Origin: an uncultured Alphaproteobacteria bacterium
Lineage (GTDB): Bacteria; Pseudomonadota; Alphaproteobacteria; Rhizobiales; Xanthobacteraceae
Assembly: GCA_963734185.1 (NCBI GenBank)
Contig: CAVTGA010000001.1
Location: 386,711 to 450,710 of the forward strand
Direction of reading: 5' to 3'
Length of the DNA stretch: 64,000 nucleotides
The first letter of the stretch is position 1. The number at the start of each line of letters is the position of its first letter. Under the pieces are notes generated by a model. The model was not told the DNA's origin, did not search any database, and saw only the letters and a program-made list of their open reading frames with translations. The translations under genes and the position numbers were made by a program. Of the stretch, positions 12,214 through 22,649 are shown in pieces.

Positions 12214-13059
12214 ATGTACAACTTCACTTTCCACCGTCCGGGCGGCCTGCGCCAGGCGCAGAACATGCTGGGCAAGCTGGAGGAGGCGAAAATCCTCGCC
12301 GGCGGCCAGTCCTTGATCCCGACCATGAAGCTGCGGCTGGCCAGCCCCGCCAACATCGTCGACCTGTCGAAGATCGAAGGCCTTGCCGGCATCGAGCTGA
12401 AAGGCCGCTCGCTCGTCATCGGCGCGATGACGCGCCACGCGGAGGTGGCCAGCTCCGACGCGGTCAAGGGCAGCATCCCGGCGCTCGCGAGCCTCGCGAA
12501 TGTGATCGGCGATCCCGCGGTGCGCCACCAGGGCACGATCGGCGGCTCGGTTGCCAACAACGATCCGAACGCCGACTACCCGGCGGCCTGCCTCGGGCTC
12601 GGCGCCACCATTGTCACCACCAAACGGCGCATCGCGTCGGACGACTTCTTCAAGGGCCTGTTCGAGACCGCGCTCGAGCCGGACGAGATCGTCACCAAGG
12701 TGATGTTCCCGATCCCCAAGAAGGCCGGCTACATGAAGTTCCGCAACCAGGCCTCGCGTTTCGCGCTAGTCGGCGTTTTCGTGTCGAAGCGCGGCAGCGA
12801 GATCCGCGTCGCCGTCACCGGCGCGGGCTCGAGCGGCGTGTTCCGCGTCAAGGCGTTCGAGGAGGCGCTGAAGAAGCGCTTCGCCGCCAAGTCGCTGGAG
12901 GGCCTGACCGTGCCGGCGACCGGCATGAACGCCGACATCCACGGCAGCGCCGAATACCGCGCGCATCTCGTCGCCGTCATGGCGCGGCGCGCGGTGGCGG
13001 CGGCGAACGAGGCGCCATCCGCTGACGCGGATGAGGGAGGCGTGGTCGGCAACGGGTAG
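12214..13059 (+). CDS. coxM: FAD-binding medium subunit of the CODH-like enzyme
   Basis: 281-aa FAD-binding PCMH-type domain (ILAGGQSLIPTMKLRLASP…). Confidence 0.85.
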   Translation: MYNFTFHRPGGLRQAQNMLGKLEEAKILAGGQSLIPTMKLRLASPANIVDLSKIEGLAGIELKGRSLVIGAMTRHAEVASSDAVKGSIPALASLANVIGDPAVRHQGTIGGSVANNDPNADYPAACLGLGATIVTTKRRIASDDFFKGLFETALEPDEIVTKVMFPIPKKAGYMKFRNQASRFALVGVFVSKRGSEIRVAVTGAGSSGVFRVKAFEEALKKRFAAKSLEGLTVPATGMNADIHGSAEYRAHLVAVMARRAVAAANEAPSADADEGGVVGNG

Positions 13060-13061
13060 CA

Positions 13062-13172
13062 CTAGAGCACGATGACTTTTCTTCGAATCGTCATCGCGCT
13101 CTAAGTTATTCGTGGAGCATGATCTTTTCCGAAAACCGCTGCGCACTTTTCGGGATCATGCTCTAGCATCGA
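13062..13172. repeat. two adjacent palindromic REP elements; the second is a gagcatgatc…gatcatgctc type
   Basis: ctagagcacgatgac…gtcatcgcgctctaag and gagcatgatcttttccgaaaaccgctgcgcacttttcgggatcatgctc are both inverted repeats. The same family recurs at 34843-34925. Confidence 0.6.
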
Positions 13173-13221
13173 GCCACGTCGGCCCTCGCGGATTGGCGGC
13201 AAAGGCATTAGATAGCTGGCC

Positions 13222-14160
<939 letters not shown>

Positions 14161-14166
14161 CCGGCC

Positions 14167-15378
<1,212 letters not shown>

Positions 15379-15393
15379 CCTATATGTGCGTCA

Positions 15394-15735
15394 TTGGAGG
15401 ATCCGATGGACACGCTCGCGCGCGATGAAGACATCCTCAAAGCCGCCGAGGACTGGCGCAAGGCCGGGCGCGGCGTGGCGCTCGCGACCGTGGTCGAGAC
15501 CTGGGGCTCGGCGCCGCGGCCGGTCGGCTCCAACCTGGTGATCGACGACCAGGGCAATTTCCTCGGCTCGGTGTCGGGCGGTTGCGTCGAAGGAGCGGTC
15601 GTCACCGAGGCGCTCGACGTGATCGAGAGCGGCAAGCCGAAGACGTTGGAATTCGGCGTCGCCGACGAGGCCGCCTGGAAGGTCGGGCTCTCCTGCGGCG
15701 GCACCATCCGGGTGTTCGTCGAGAAAGTGGAGTAG
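15394..15735 (+). CDS. XdhC/CoxI-family protein (short, N-domain type)
   Basis: 113 aa containing the XdhC_CoxI motif (VALATVVETWGSAPRPVGSNLVIDDQGNFLGSVSGGCVE). Confidence 0.7.
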   Translation: MEDPMDTLARDEDILKAAEDWRKAGRGVALATVVETWGSAPRPVGSNLVIDDQGNFLGSVSGGCVEGAVVTEALDVIESGKPKTLEFGVADEAAWKVGLSCGGTIRVFVEKVE

Positions 15736-15759
15736 CGCCGTGAACGTGCCGCATGCTCC

Positions 15760-16165
15760 GCTTACCTCCCCCCTTGTGGGGGAGGCCGGCGCGCGAAGCG
15801 CGGCGGGAGGGGGACTTTCGTCAGCACGGAAGTTGACCCCCTCCCTAACCCTCCCCCACAAGGCAGGGCTATCGCATATGACGCCGTTGCTTTGGTTGTC
15901 GCGCCGAAAGCGCCACAGTACCTCCCCCCTTGTGGGGGAGGTCGACCGCCGGAGCCCGCAGGGCGACGGCGGGCGGGAGGGGGTCCGCTTTTCTTTGTCT
16001 GAGAAGGTTTTTCGTGCTTGTGGCGAGTCCCCCTCCGGCCTCGCTTCGCGAGGCCACCTCCCCCACAAGGGGGGAGGTACTGTGGCGCTTTCAGTGCCTA
16101 TTTCGTCACAGACACGGCGCTGCGTGTCATATGCGATAGCCCTCCCCCACAAGGGGGGAGGGGAC
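15760..16165. mobile_element. MITE-like nested palindromic insertion built from CCTCCCCC(TTGTG/CACAA)GGGGGAGG 20-mers
   Basis: At least five copies of the 20-bp palindrome occur in both orientations. They are arranged as nested long inverted repeats: gaaagcgccacagtacctcccccc…/…ggggggaggtactgtggcgctttc, and gctatcgcatatgacg…/…cgtgtcatatgcgatagc. The 151-aa ORF called across this region is not coding. Confidence 0.6.
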
Positions 16166-16191
16166 GCGCCGGCGTTTGCGGGGCGACCCTT

Positions 16192-16884
16192 GTGAAACTC
16201 GACATCCTCAAAGCCCTCAACGCCGAACGCGCGGCGCGGCGCGCGACGGTCGTCGTAACCGATCAGGACAGCGGCGCGCAGCGGCTGGTCACGCAAGACG
16301 GCATCGCCGGCGATCCCCTGAAGGACGTGCTCGAAGCCCATCTGCGCTCGGGCAAGAGCGGGATGGAAGAGACCGCGCAGGGCAAGGTCTTCCTCACCGT
16401 GCACGTGCCGCCGACGCGACTCGTCATCACCGGAGCCGTGCACATCAGCCAGGCGCTGGCGCCGATCGCCAGATTGCTCGGCTACGACGTCACCATCGTC
16501 GACCCGCGCACCGCGTTCGCCAGCATCGAGCGCTTTCCCGACGTGAAGGTGATCGCCGAATGGCCGGACACGGCGCTCCCCGCCCTCGGCATCGACCGCT
16601 ACACGGCGTTCGTCGCGCTCACCCACGATCCCAAGATCGACGATCCCGCGCTCACTCATGCGCTGGCGCGCGACTGCTTTTATATCGGCGCGCTCGGCTC
16701 GAAGAAGACGCACGGCCGCCGCCTCGAGCGCTTGAAGGAGCAAGGCGTGAGCGAAGCGCAGCTCGCGCGCATCCACGCGCCGATCGGGCTTGCCATCGGC
16801 GCGGTGTCGCCGGCCGAGATCGCACTCGCCATCATGGGCGAGATCACGGCGCGCCTGCGGCTTACAGCGGATGGCAAGCGATGA
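16192..16884 (+). CDS. XdhC-family protein (Rossmann-like C-domain type)
   Basis: XdhC_C-like sequence …RLVITGAVHISQALAPIARLLGYDVTIVDPR…ALTHDPKIDDPAL…. A GTG start at 16192 is inferred because the upstream part of the ORF is repeat DNA. Confidence 0.6.
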   Translation: MKLDILKALNAERAARRATVVVTDQDSGAQRLVTQDGIAGDPLKDVLEAHLRSGKSGMEETAQGKVFLTVHVPPTRLVITGAVHISQALAPIARLLGYDVTIVDPRTAFASIERFPDVKVIAEWPDTALPALGIDRYTAFVALTHDPKIDDPALTHALARDCFYIGALGSKKTHGRRLERLKEQGVSEAQLARIHAPIGLAIGAVSPAEIALAIMGEITARLRLTADGKR

Positions 16885-18500
16885 AGTTCGGCGCAGTCCC
16901 GCCGGCCGAAGCCGAAGGCGGCATCGCGGTGCATTCGATCCGCCAGGGCAACCTCGTGCTCAAGAAGGGCACGGTGATCGGGAAGGCGGAGATTGCCGCG
17001 CTCGCCGCCGCGGGCATCGGCGAGGTCGTGGTGGCGCGGCTCGAACCGGGCGACGTGTCGGAGGACCGGGCGGCGGCCGAGATCGCCGCTGCGGTCGCGG
17101 GCGAGGGCGTGCACGTCGAGCGCGCTTTCACGGGCCGCGCCAATCTGTTCGCGGAAGCTCCCGGCGTGTTGGTGGTCGACAGGCAAGCGATCGACCGCCT
17201 CAACGAGGTCGACCCCGACATCACTTTTGCGACCCTGCCGGCCTTCGCGCCGGTCGTCGCCGGCAAGATGATCGCGACGGTGAAGATCATTCCGTTTGCG
17301 GTGTCGGGCACGGCGCGCGACCGGGCGCTCGCGGTCGCGCAGGCGGCCAAGCCCATCATGCGCGTTGCCCCTTATGCGCGAGCCAAGGTCGGCATCATCT
17401 CGACCGTGCTGCCGGGACTCGCCGACAAGGTGATCGACAAGACCCTGCGCGTGACCGCGGAGCGGCTCGCGCCCGCAGGGGCGCGTATCGTCGCCGAGCG
17501 GCGCGTACCGCATGAGGCGCAAGCGCTTGCCCGCGCGCTCGACGAGGTGCTAGGCGCCGGCGCCGAGCTCGTCATCGTATTCGGCGCCTCGGCCATCGCC
17601 GACAAGCGCGACGTGATCCCGGCCGCGGTCGAGGCGATCGGCGGACGCATCGAGCATTTCGGCATGCCGGTCGATCCCGGCAATCTTCTCCTCATCGCCG
17701 ACGCGCATGGCCATCCGGTGCTGGGAGCGCCCGGCTGCGCGCGCTCGCCGAAGGAAAACGGCTTCGACTGGGTGCTGATGCGCCTGCTGGCCGGACTGCC
17801 GGTCAAGCGCACCGATATCACCGGCATGGGGGTCGGCGGGCTGTTGATGGAGATCGTGACGCGGCCGCAGCCGCGCGCGGAGCCGGCTCCCGAAGCCGGC
17901 CGCAAGGTCGCCGCTTTGGTGCTTGCTGCCGGCCGCTCGACCCGTATGGGCGGACCGAACAAGCTGCTCGAGCAGGTCGGCGGCAAGCCGCTGGTGCGCA
18001 TTGCGGTCGAGCAGGCACTCGCCTCGCGCGCCAGTCCCGTGATCGTGGTCACCGGTCATCAGCGCGAGCGGGTCGAGCAGGCGCTCGCTGGGCTGCCGCT
18101 GCAATTCGTGCACAATCCGGACTTTGCAGAAGGGCTTTCGACCTCGCTCAGGACCGGCATCGCGGCCGTGCCGGCCGCGGCGGACGCGGCAATCGTCTGC
18201 CTCGGCGATATGCCGCACGTGACCGGCAAGCTGATCGACCGGCTGATCGCGGCCTTCGACCCGGCGCGCGGCGCTTTGGTCGTGGTGCCGACGATCGCGG
18301 GCAAGCGCGGCAACCCGGTGGTGTGGTCGCGCCGCTTCTTCGGTGACCTGATGGCGGTCGACGGCGACGTCGGCGCGCGTCATCTGATCGCGGGCTACGC
18401 GGAAGCGGTGACCGAAGTGGCGCTGGAGGACGCCGGAGCGCTGACCGACGTCGATACGCCGGAGGCGTTGCGCGCCGTCAAGGCGGCGGTCGAAGCCTGA
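16881..18500 (+). CDS. fusion of a molybdopterin-binding (MoeA/CinA-like) domain and a MobA-like nucleotidyltransferase (MocA-like); predicted Mo-cofactor maturation protein
   Basis: The ATG overlaps the preceding stop (ATGA). The N-terminal half is MoCF-biosynthesis-like. The C-terminal half (…VAALVLAAGRSTRMGGPNKLLE…) is a MobA/MocA-type cytidylyltransferase. Confidence 0.7.
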   Translation: MKFGAVPPAEAEGGIAVHSIRQGNLVLKKGTVIGKAEIAALAAAGIGEVVVARLEPGDVSEDRAAAEIAAAVAGEGVHVERAFTGRANLFAEAPGVLVVDRQAIDRLNEVDPDITFATLPAFAPVVAGKMIATVKIIPFAVSGTARDRALAVAQAAKPIMRVAPYARAKVGIISTVLPGLADKVIDKTLRVTAERLAPAGARIVAERRVPHEAQALARALDEVLGAGAELVIVFGASAIADKRDVIPAAVEAIGGRIEHFGMPVDPGNLLLIADAHGHPVLGAPGCARSPKENGFDWVLMRLLAGLPVKRTDITGMGVGGLLMEIVTRPQPRAEPAPEAGRKVAALVLAAGRSTRMGGPNKLLEQVGGKPLVRIAVEQALASRASPVIVVTGHQRERVEQALAGLPLQFVHNPDFAEGLSTSLRTGIAAVPAAADAAIVCLGDMPHVTGKLIDRLIAAFDPARGALVVVPTIAGKRGNPVVWSRRFFGDLMAVDGDVGARHLIAGYAEAVTEVALEDAGALTDVDTPEALRAVKAAVEA

Positions 18501-18579
18501 CGTCGCCGCGTTCTTCCGTTAAATCAAATTAAGTGTTTGCCCTGATAATCCCTCCCCGGGGAATTATCGGGGAAAGAGG

Positions 18580-18954
18580 ATGGTCTTGCGTCATGGCGTC
18601 GGCACCGCCTTCATCGTTGCCTTTCTGATCGGATCCAGCGCTTGCGCCGATGCGGCCGGCGCGCTCGCGGTCGGCCGCTGCGGGGCCTACGGCTACGCGT
18701 TCGACTCAGGGACCATGCAGGAAGCGCAGACGCGCGCGGCGAGCGAGTGCAAGGGCGCCGGCTGCCGCATCGTCGCGACGGTGCAGCGGCAATGCGCCGC
18801 GCTCGCGGTCGATGCCCGCAACGCCTGCGGGCCCCACGGCTGGGCCACCGCGCGCACGCTCGGCCGGGCGCAGAACGTCGCGGCGCAGCAATGCTACCGC
18901 TATGGCGGTCGCGACTGCGTCATCCGCGCCTGGCTTTGCGACGGCCGGGGGTAG
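18580..18954 (+). CDS. DUF4189-like secreted Cys-containing protein
   Basis: Signal peptide followed by two GAYG/GWA-type repeats with paired cysteines (GRCGAYGYAFD…CKGAGC…CGPHGWATA…). Confidence 0.55.
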   Translation: MVLRHGVGTAFIVAFLIGSSACADAAGALAVGRCGAYGYAFDSGTMQEAQTRAASECKGAGCRIVATVQRQCAALAVDARNACGPHGWATARTLGRAQNVAAQQCYRYGGRDCVIRAWLCDGRG

Positions 18955-19091
18955 TGCGGGTTCAAGCCGGCATAGCAGACATGTTCTTACCGACCGTGAC
19001 GGCGGCATCAGGCTGCTGCCGCGTCGGACCATTTTGATATAGGCTCCGCCCAACCTACGGGTGCCAAAAACCCCGGCAAAGGGAGGGCGAC

Positions 19092-21215
19092 ATGAGACTG
19101 AGACAGACCTTGTATGCGACGGTCGCGGCGGTCGGCATCGCGGCATTCGTGGCCCCCGTCAACGCGCAACAGCCCGCAGCGGTTACGATCGATGCTGACG
19201 ACATCGGCGGCGCGGTCACCGGTCCGAACGGCCCGGAAGCCGGCGTCTGGGTGATCGCCGAGACCAAGGACCTCTCCACCAACTACATCAAAAGCGTGGT
19301 GACCGACGATCAGGGCCGCTACCTGATCCCCGACCTGCCGGCGGGCGCGACCTACACGGTGTGGGCGCGCGGCTACGGCCTGGTCGATTCCGCCAAGGTG
19401 GCGAGCCGCCCGGGTCAGATCGTCAACCTTACCGCCGTGCCGGCGCCGACGCCGAAGGCCGCCGCCGAGATCTATCCGGCGATCTACTGGTATTCGATGC
19501 TCAAGGTGCCGGGAAAGCACGAATTCCCGCTCGGCAACGCCAAGAGCCAGCCCGAGTGGCTCAACGTGGTCAAGACCAACGGCTGCTACGGCTGTCACGC
19601 GCTCGGCAACAAGGCGACGCGCACGATCCCGCAGCAGTTCGCCGACATGAGCTCCGAGGACGCCTGGGCGCGGCGCATCCTGTCGGGCCAGGCCATGAAC
19701 AACATGGCGACCGCGATCGGCCGCCTCGACGCGCAGCGCGCGCTCAAGCTTTACGCCGACTGGACCGACCGCGTCGCGGCGGGCGAGCTGCCGGCTGCGA
19801 AGCCGCCGCGGCCGCAGGGCAAGGAGCGCAACGTCGTCGTCACGCAGTGGGACTTTTCCGATCCCAAGCACTACCTGCACGACATCACCGCGACCGACAA
19901 GCGCAAGCCGACGCTCAACGCCAACGGCCTGATCTACGGCGCGGTCGAGAACTCGACCGACCTGATCCCGGTGCTCGACCCGGTCAATCACAAGGCGACG
20001 TCGTTCAAGATGCCGGTGCGCGATCCCAACACGCCCTCGCACAAGAATGATGCGATGTCGGCTTCGCCCTACTGGGGCGATGAGGTGCTCTGGGATGGCC
20101 AGAGCAGCACGCACAACCCGATGTACGACCAGAACGGCCGGGTGTGGTGGACGTCGCGCGTCGGCGTCGCGGACAATCCGGCCTTCTGCAAGCAGGGCTC
20201 GGACCACCCGTCGGCCAAGGTATTCCCGATGGCGTCGTCGACCCGGCACCTGTCGATGCTCGATCCCAAGACCGGCAAGATCACGCTGATCCGTACCTGC
20301 TACCAGACGCATCATCTGATCTTCGCCGAGGATGCCAACAACACGCTTTGGATGAGCGCGGGCGGACCCGGCAGCGGCGCATTGGGCTGGCTCGACACCA
20401 GGAAATTCGACGAGACCGGCGACGAGGCCAAGTCGCAGGGGTGGACGCCGATCGTCATCGACACCAACGGCAACGGAAAGCGTGACGAATGGGTCGAGCC
20501 GAACCAGCCGGTCGATCCGACCAAGGACAAGCGCGTCGTGGGCGCGCTCTATGGCATCGGCGTCAATCCGCAGGACGGCACGATCTGGGGCTCGATCCTG
20601 ACCTTCCCGGGCTACATCATCCGCGTGAATCCGGGACCGAACCCGTCCGAGACGGCGCTGTCGGAGATCTACGAGCCGCCGGCGCCGGGCTACGGCCCGC
20701 GCGGCTTCGACATCGACCGCAACGGCGTCGCCTGGGTGCCGCTGTCGAGCGGCCACATGGCAAGCTTCGACCGCAGGAAGTGCAAGGGGCCACTCAACGG
20801 CCCGGCCTCGGCCACCGGGCGGCATTGCCCGGAGGGTTGGACGCTCTACGACTTCCCCGGCCCGAAGCACGCCGACGCGCCGGACGTCGGCAGCGCGGAA
20901 GCGAGCTACTATACCTGGGTCGATCAGTTCGACACGTTCGGGCTCGGGCGGGACGTGCCGTGGGCCACCGGCAACGCCAACGAGTCGCTGATGGCGCTGG
21001 TCGACGGCAAGTGGCTCAACTTCGTGGTTCCCTATCCGCTCGGCTTCTATGCCAAGTGGATGGACGGCCGCATCGACGATCCCAACGCCGGCTGGAAGGG
21101 CAAGGGCGTGTGGGCCACCTACGGCACCCGCGTGCCGTTCCATCTCGAGACCGGCAAGGGGACGCGGCCGAAGGTGGTGAAGTTCCAGCTGCGGCCCGAT
21201 CCGCTGGCGAAGTAG
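19092..21215 (+). CDS. secreted 707-aa protein with an N-terminal carboxypeptidase-regulatory-like domain and a single haem-c motif (CYGCH)
   Basis: Signal peptide (…AAFVAPVNAQQ), a CarboxypepD_reg-like β-sandwich (GVWVIAETKDLSTNYIKSVVTDDQGRYLIPDLPAGATYTVWARGYG), NGCYGCHALGNK, then a W/G/P-rich region that looks like a β-propeller. Confidence 0.6.
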   Translation: MRLRQTLYATVAAVGIAAFVAPVNAQQPAAVTIDADDIGGAVTGPNGPEAGVWVIAETKDLSTNYIKSVVTDDQGRYLIPDLPAGATYTVWARGYGLVDSAKVASRPGQIVNLTAVPAPTPKAAAEIYPAIYWYSMLKVPGKHEFPLGNAKSQPEWLNVVKTNGCYGCHALGNKATRTIPQQFADMSSEDAWARRILSGQAMNNMATAIGRLDAQRALKLYADWTDRVAAGELPAAKPPRPQGKERNVVVTQWDFSDPKHYLHDITATDKRKPTLNANGLIYGAVENSTDLIPVLDPVNHKATSFKMPVRDPNTPSHKNDAMSASPYWGDEVLWDGQSSTHNPMYDQNGRVWWTSRVGVADNPAFCKQGSDHPSAKVFPMASSTRHLSMLDPKTGKITLIRTCYQTHHLIFAEDANNTLWMSAGGPGSGALGWLDTRKFDETGDEAKSQGWTPIVIDTNGNGKRDEWVEPNQPVDPTKDKRVVGALYGIGVNPQDGTIWGSILTFPGYIIRVNPGPNPSETALSEIYEPPAPGYGPRGFDIDRNGVAWVPLSSGHMASFDRRKCKGPLNGPASATGRHCPEGWTLYDFPGPKHADAPDVGSAEASYYTWVDQFDTFGLGRDVPWATGNANESLMALVDGKWLNFVVPYPLGFYAKWMDGRIDDPNAGWKGKGVWATYGTRVPFHLETGKGTRPKVVKFQLRPDPLAK

Positions 21216-21354
21216 ATCGCTTGTCCCGGACGCGGTGCAGCGTCCAACGCTGCGCCGCAAATCCGGGACCGTTCCATAACTCGGTGCCTTTGACGGTCCC
21301 GGTTCTGCAGCGCAGCACTTCGTACTGCGCTGCGCCCGGGACGCGGAGAAAGCG

Positions 21355-21864
21355 ATGATGGACTTCGTCTACGACACCATCTCGGTCAACGCGTTCTGGA
21401 CCATCCTGTTCATCGTGCACGCGCTGCTCGCGGTCGCGCTCATCGGCGCGCTCACCCATCAGGCGATGTCGGTGCTGTTGCCGGTGCACCAGGTCATCGG
21501 CTCGGCGAGCTTCCTCACCCGCTTCCGCGCGGTGCGCGGCGCGGGCTACGCCGGCGCGGTCTGCATGCTGTGGATCGTCACGTTCGTGTTCGGCGCGTGG
21601 ATCTATACCAAGTACCGCATCTCTGTCCGCATCCCGATCGAGCAGGAAGGATTCTGGAAAACCCAGGGGGCCTTCGAGCTGAAGGAGCACCTTGCTGTCA
21701 TCGGGCTCGGGCTGTTGCCGATCTACTGGTATTTCTGGAACAACGCGCGCAACACCGAATACGACAGCCCGCGGCGCTGGCTGACCGTGACGCTTGCGGC
21801 CATGTGCTGGTACATGTTCCTCACCGGGCACATCGTGAACAACGTACGGGGCTTCGGATCATGA
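21355..21864 (+). CDS. small four-helix membrane protein with conserved His residues
   Basis: Four hydrophobic helices; His residues sit in or near them (HALLAV, THQAMSVLLPVHQ, TGHIVNN). Confidence 0.5.
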   Translation: MMDFVYDTISVNAFWTILFIVHALLAVALIGALTHQAMSVLLPVHQVIGSASFLTRFRAVRGAGYAGAVCMLWIVTFVFGAWIYTKYRISVRIPIEQEGFWKTQGAFELKEHLAVIGLGLLPIYWYFWNNARNTEYDSPRRWLTVTLAAMCWYMFLTGHIVNNVRGFGS

Positions 21865-22250
21865 GCACCACGGTCGAAAGGAGCGCGATGGCGTCCGCAT
21901 CGTCACTTGCCTCCTCGGCGACGTTCCGCTCCTTCGCGGTGGTGTTCGCCATCGCGACGCCGGTGATCTACGTCGCCTGCGAAATGATGAACTGGCCGCT
22001 GTTCACCTATCATCCGGGAACCGACCGCATCGATCTCGGCCGCGCGCCGGCGGTGCGCGACGAGGGGCCGGCCATGTACTGGTACGGCTGGACCGCGACC
22101 ACGTTGCTCGGCGCGGCCGTGCTCGGTCTGCTCGCCACCAGGCTGCCCGCAAGCGCGGTCAGGAAGATTCCATTGGCATTGGTCTGGATCCTGCCGCTTG
22201 CGGCGATCCCGATCCTGATCTACGCGCTGAGGTTCTTCTGGCGCTGGTAG
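21861..22250 (+). CDS. small membrane protein, translationally coupled to the previous gene
   Basis: ATGA start/stop overlap. There are three or four hydrophobic helices. Confidence 0.45.
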   Translation: MSTTVERSAMASASSLASSATFRSFAVVFAIATPVIYVACEMMNWPLFTYHPGTDRIDLGRAPAVRDEGPAMYWYGWTATTLLGAAVLGLLATRLPASAVRKIPLALVWILPLAAIPILIYALRFFWRW

Positions 22251-22261
22251 CGGAGGCGGAC

Positions 22262-22636
22262 ATGATGGTCCTGATCCGAACGCTCATGGCAGGCTTGGTG
22301 TTGGTCGCCGCAACCGCGGCGTTTGCCGGCGGCGACGACTATGACGGACCGCGCGACACCGAGGACAGGGGCCCGTCCTATTTCGGCTTCGTGCGCGATG
22401 TGCGCGGTTCGCCGGTGCTGGATGCGCGCGTGGTGCTGCGCCCCAAGACCGGCGATCCGGTCGAGATCAAGACCAACGTGCTCGGACTTTATCGCAGCCA
22501 TGTGCGCAAGGGCGTGCGTCCCGACGAGGTCGAGGTATCGTGCGAGAAGGCCGGCTACCGGCAGGCGAACGTCATCCGCCGGCCCAATACCCAGGACACC
22601 TCGGTCGAAACCAATTGCACGCTGCAACGCCTCTAG
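22262..22636 (+). CDS. small secreted carboxypeptidase-regulatory-like domain protein
   Basis: Signal peptide followed by the β-sandwich motif VRDVRGSPVLDARVVLRPKTGDPVEIKTNVLGLYRSHV. Confidence 0.5.
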   Translation: MMVLIRTLMAGLVLVAATAAFAGGDDYDGPRDTEDRGPSYFGFVRDVRGSPVLDARVVLRPKTGDPVEIKTNVLGLYRSHVRKGVRPDEVEVSCEKAGYRQANVIRRPNTQDTSVETNCTLQRL

Positions 22637-22649
22637 CCGGGGCTGGCCG

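Noticed and set aside
15740-16195. 151-aa ORF across the xdhC intergenic region
   Set aside because: It is composed of the palindromic 20-mer repeats. Translating a repeat array does not give a coding sequence.
19008-21260. 750-aa minus-strand ORF
   Set aside because: It is antisense to the haem/CarboxypepD_reg protein gene, which has a signal peptide, a CXXCH site and an RBS.
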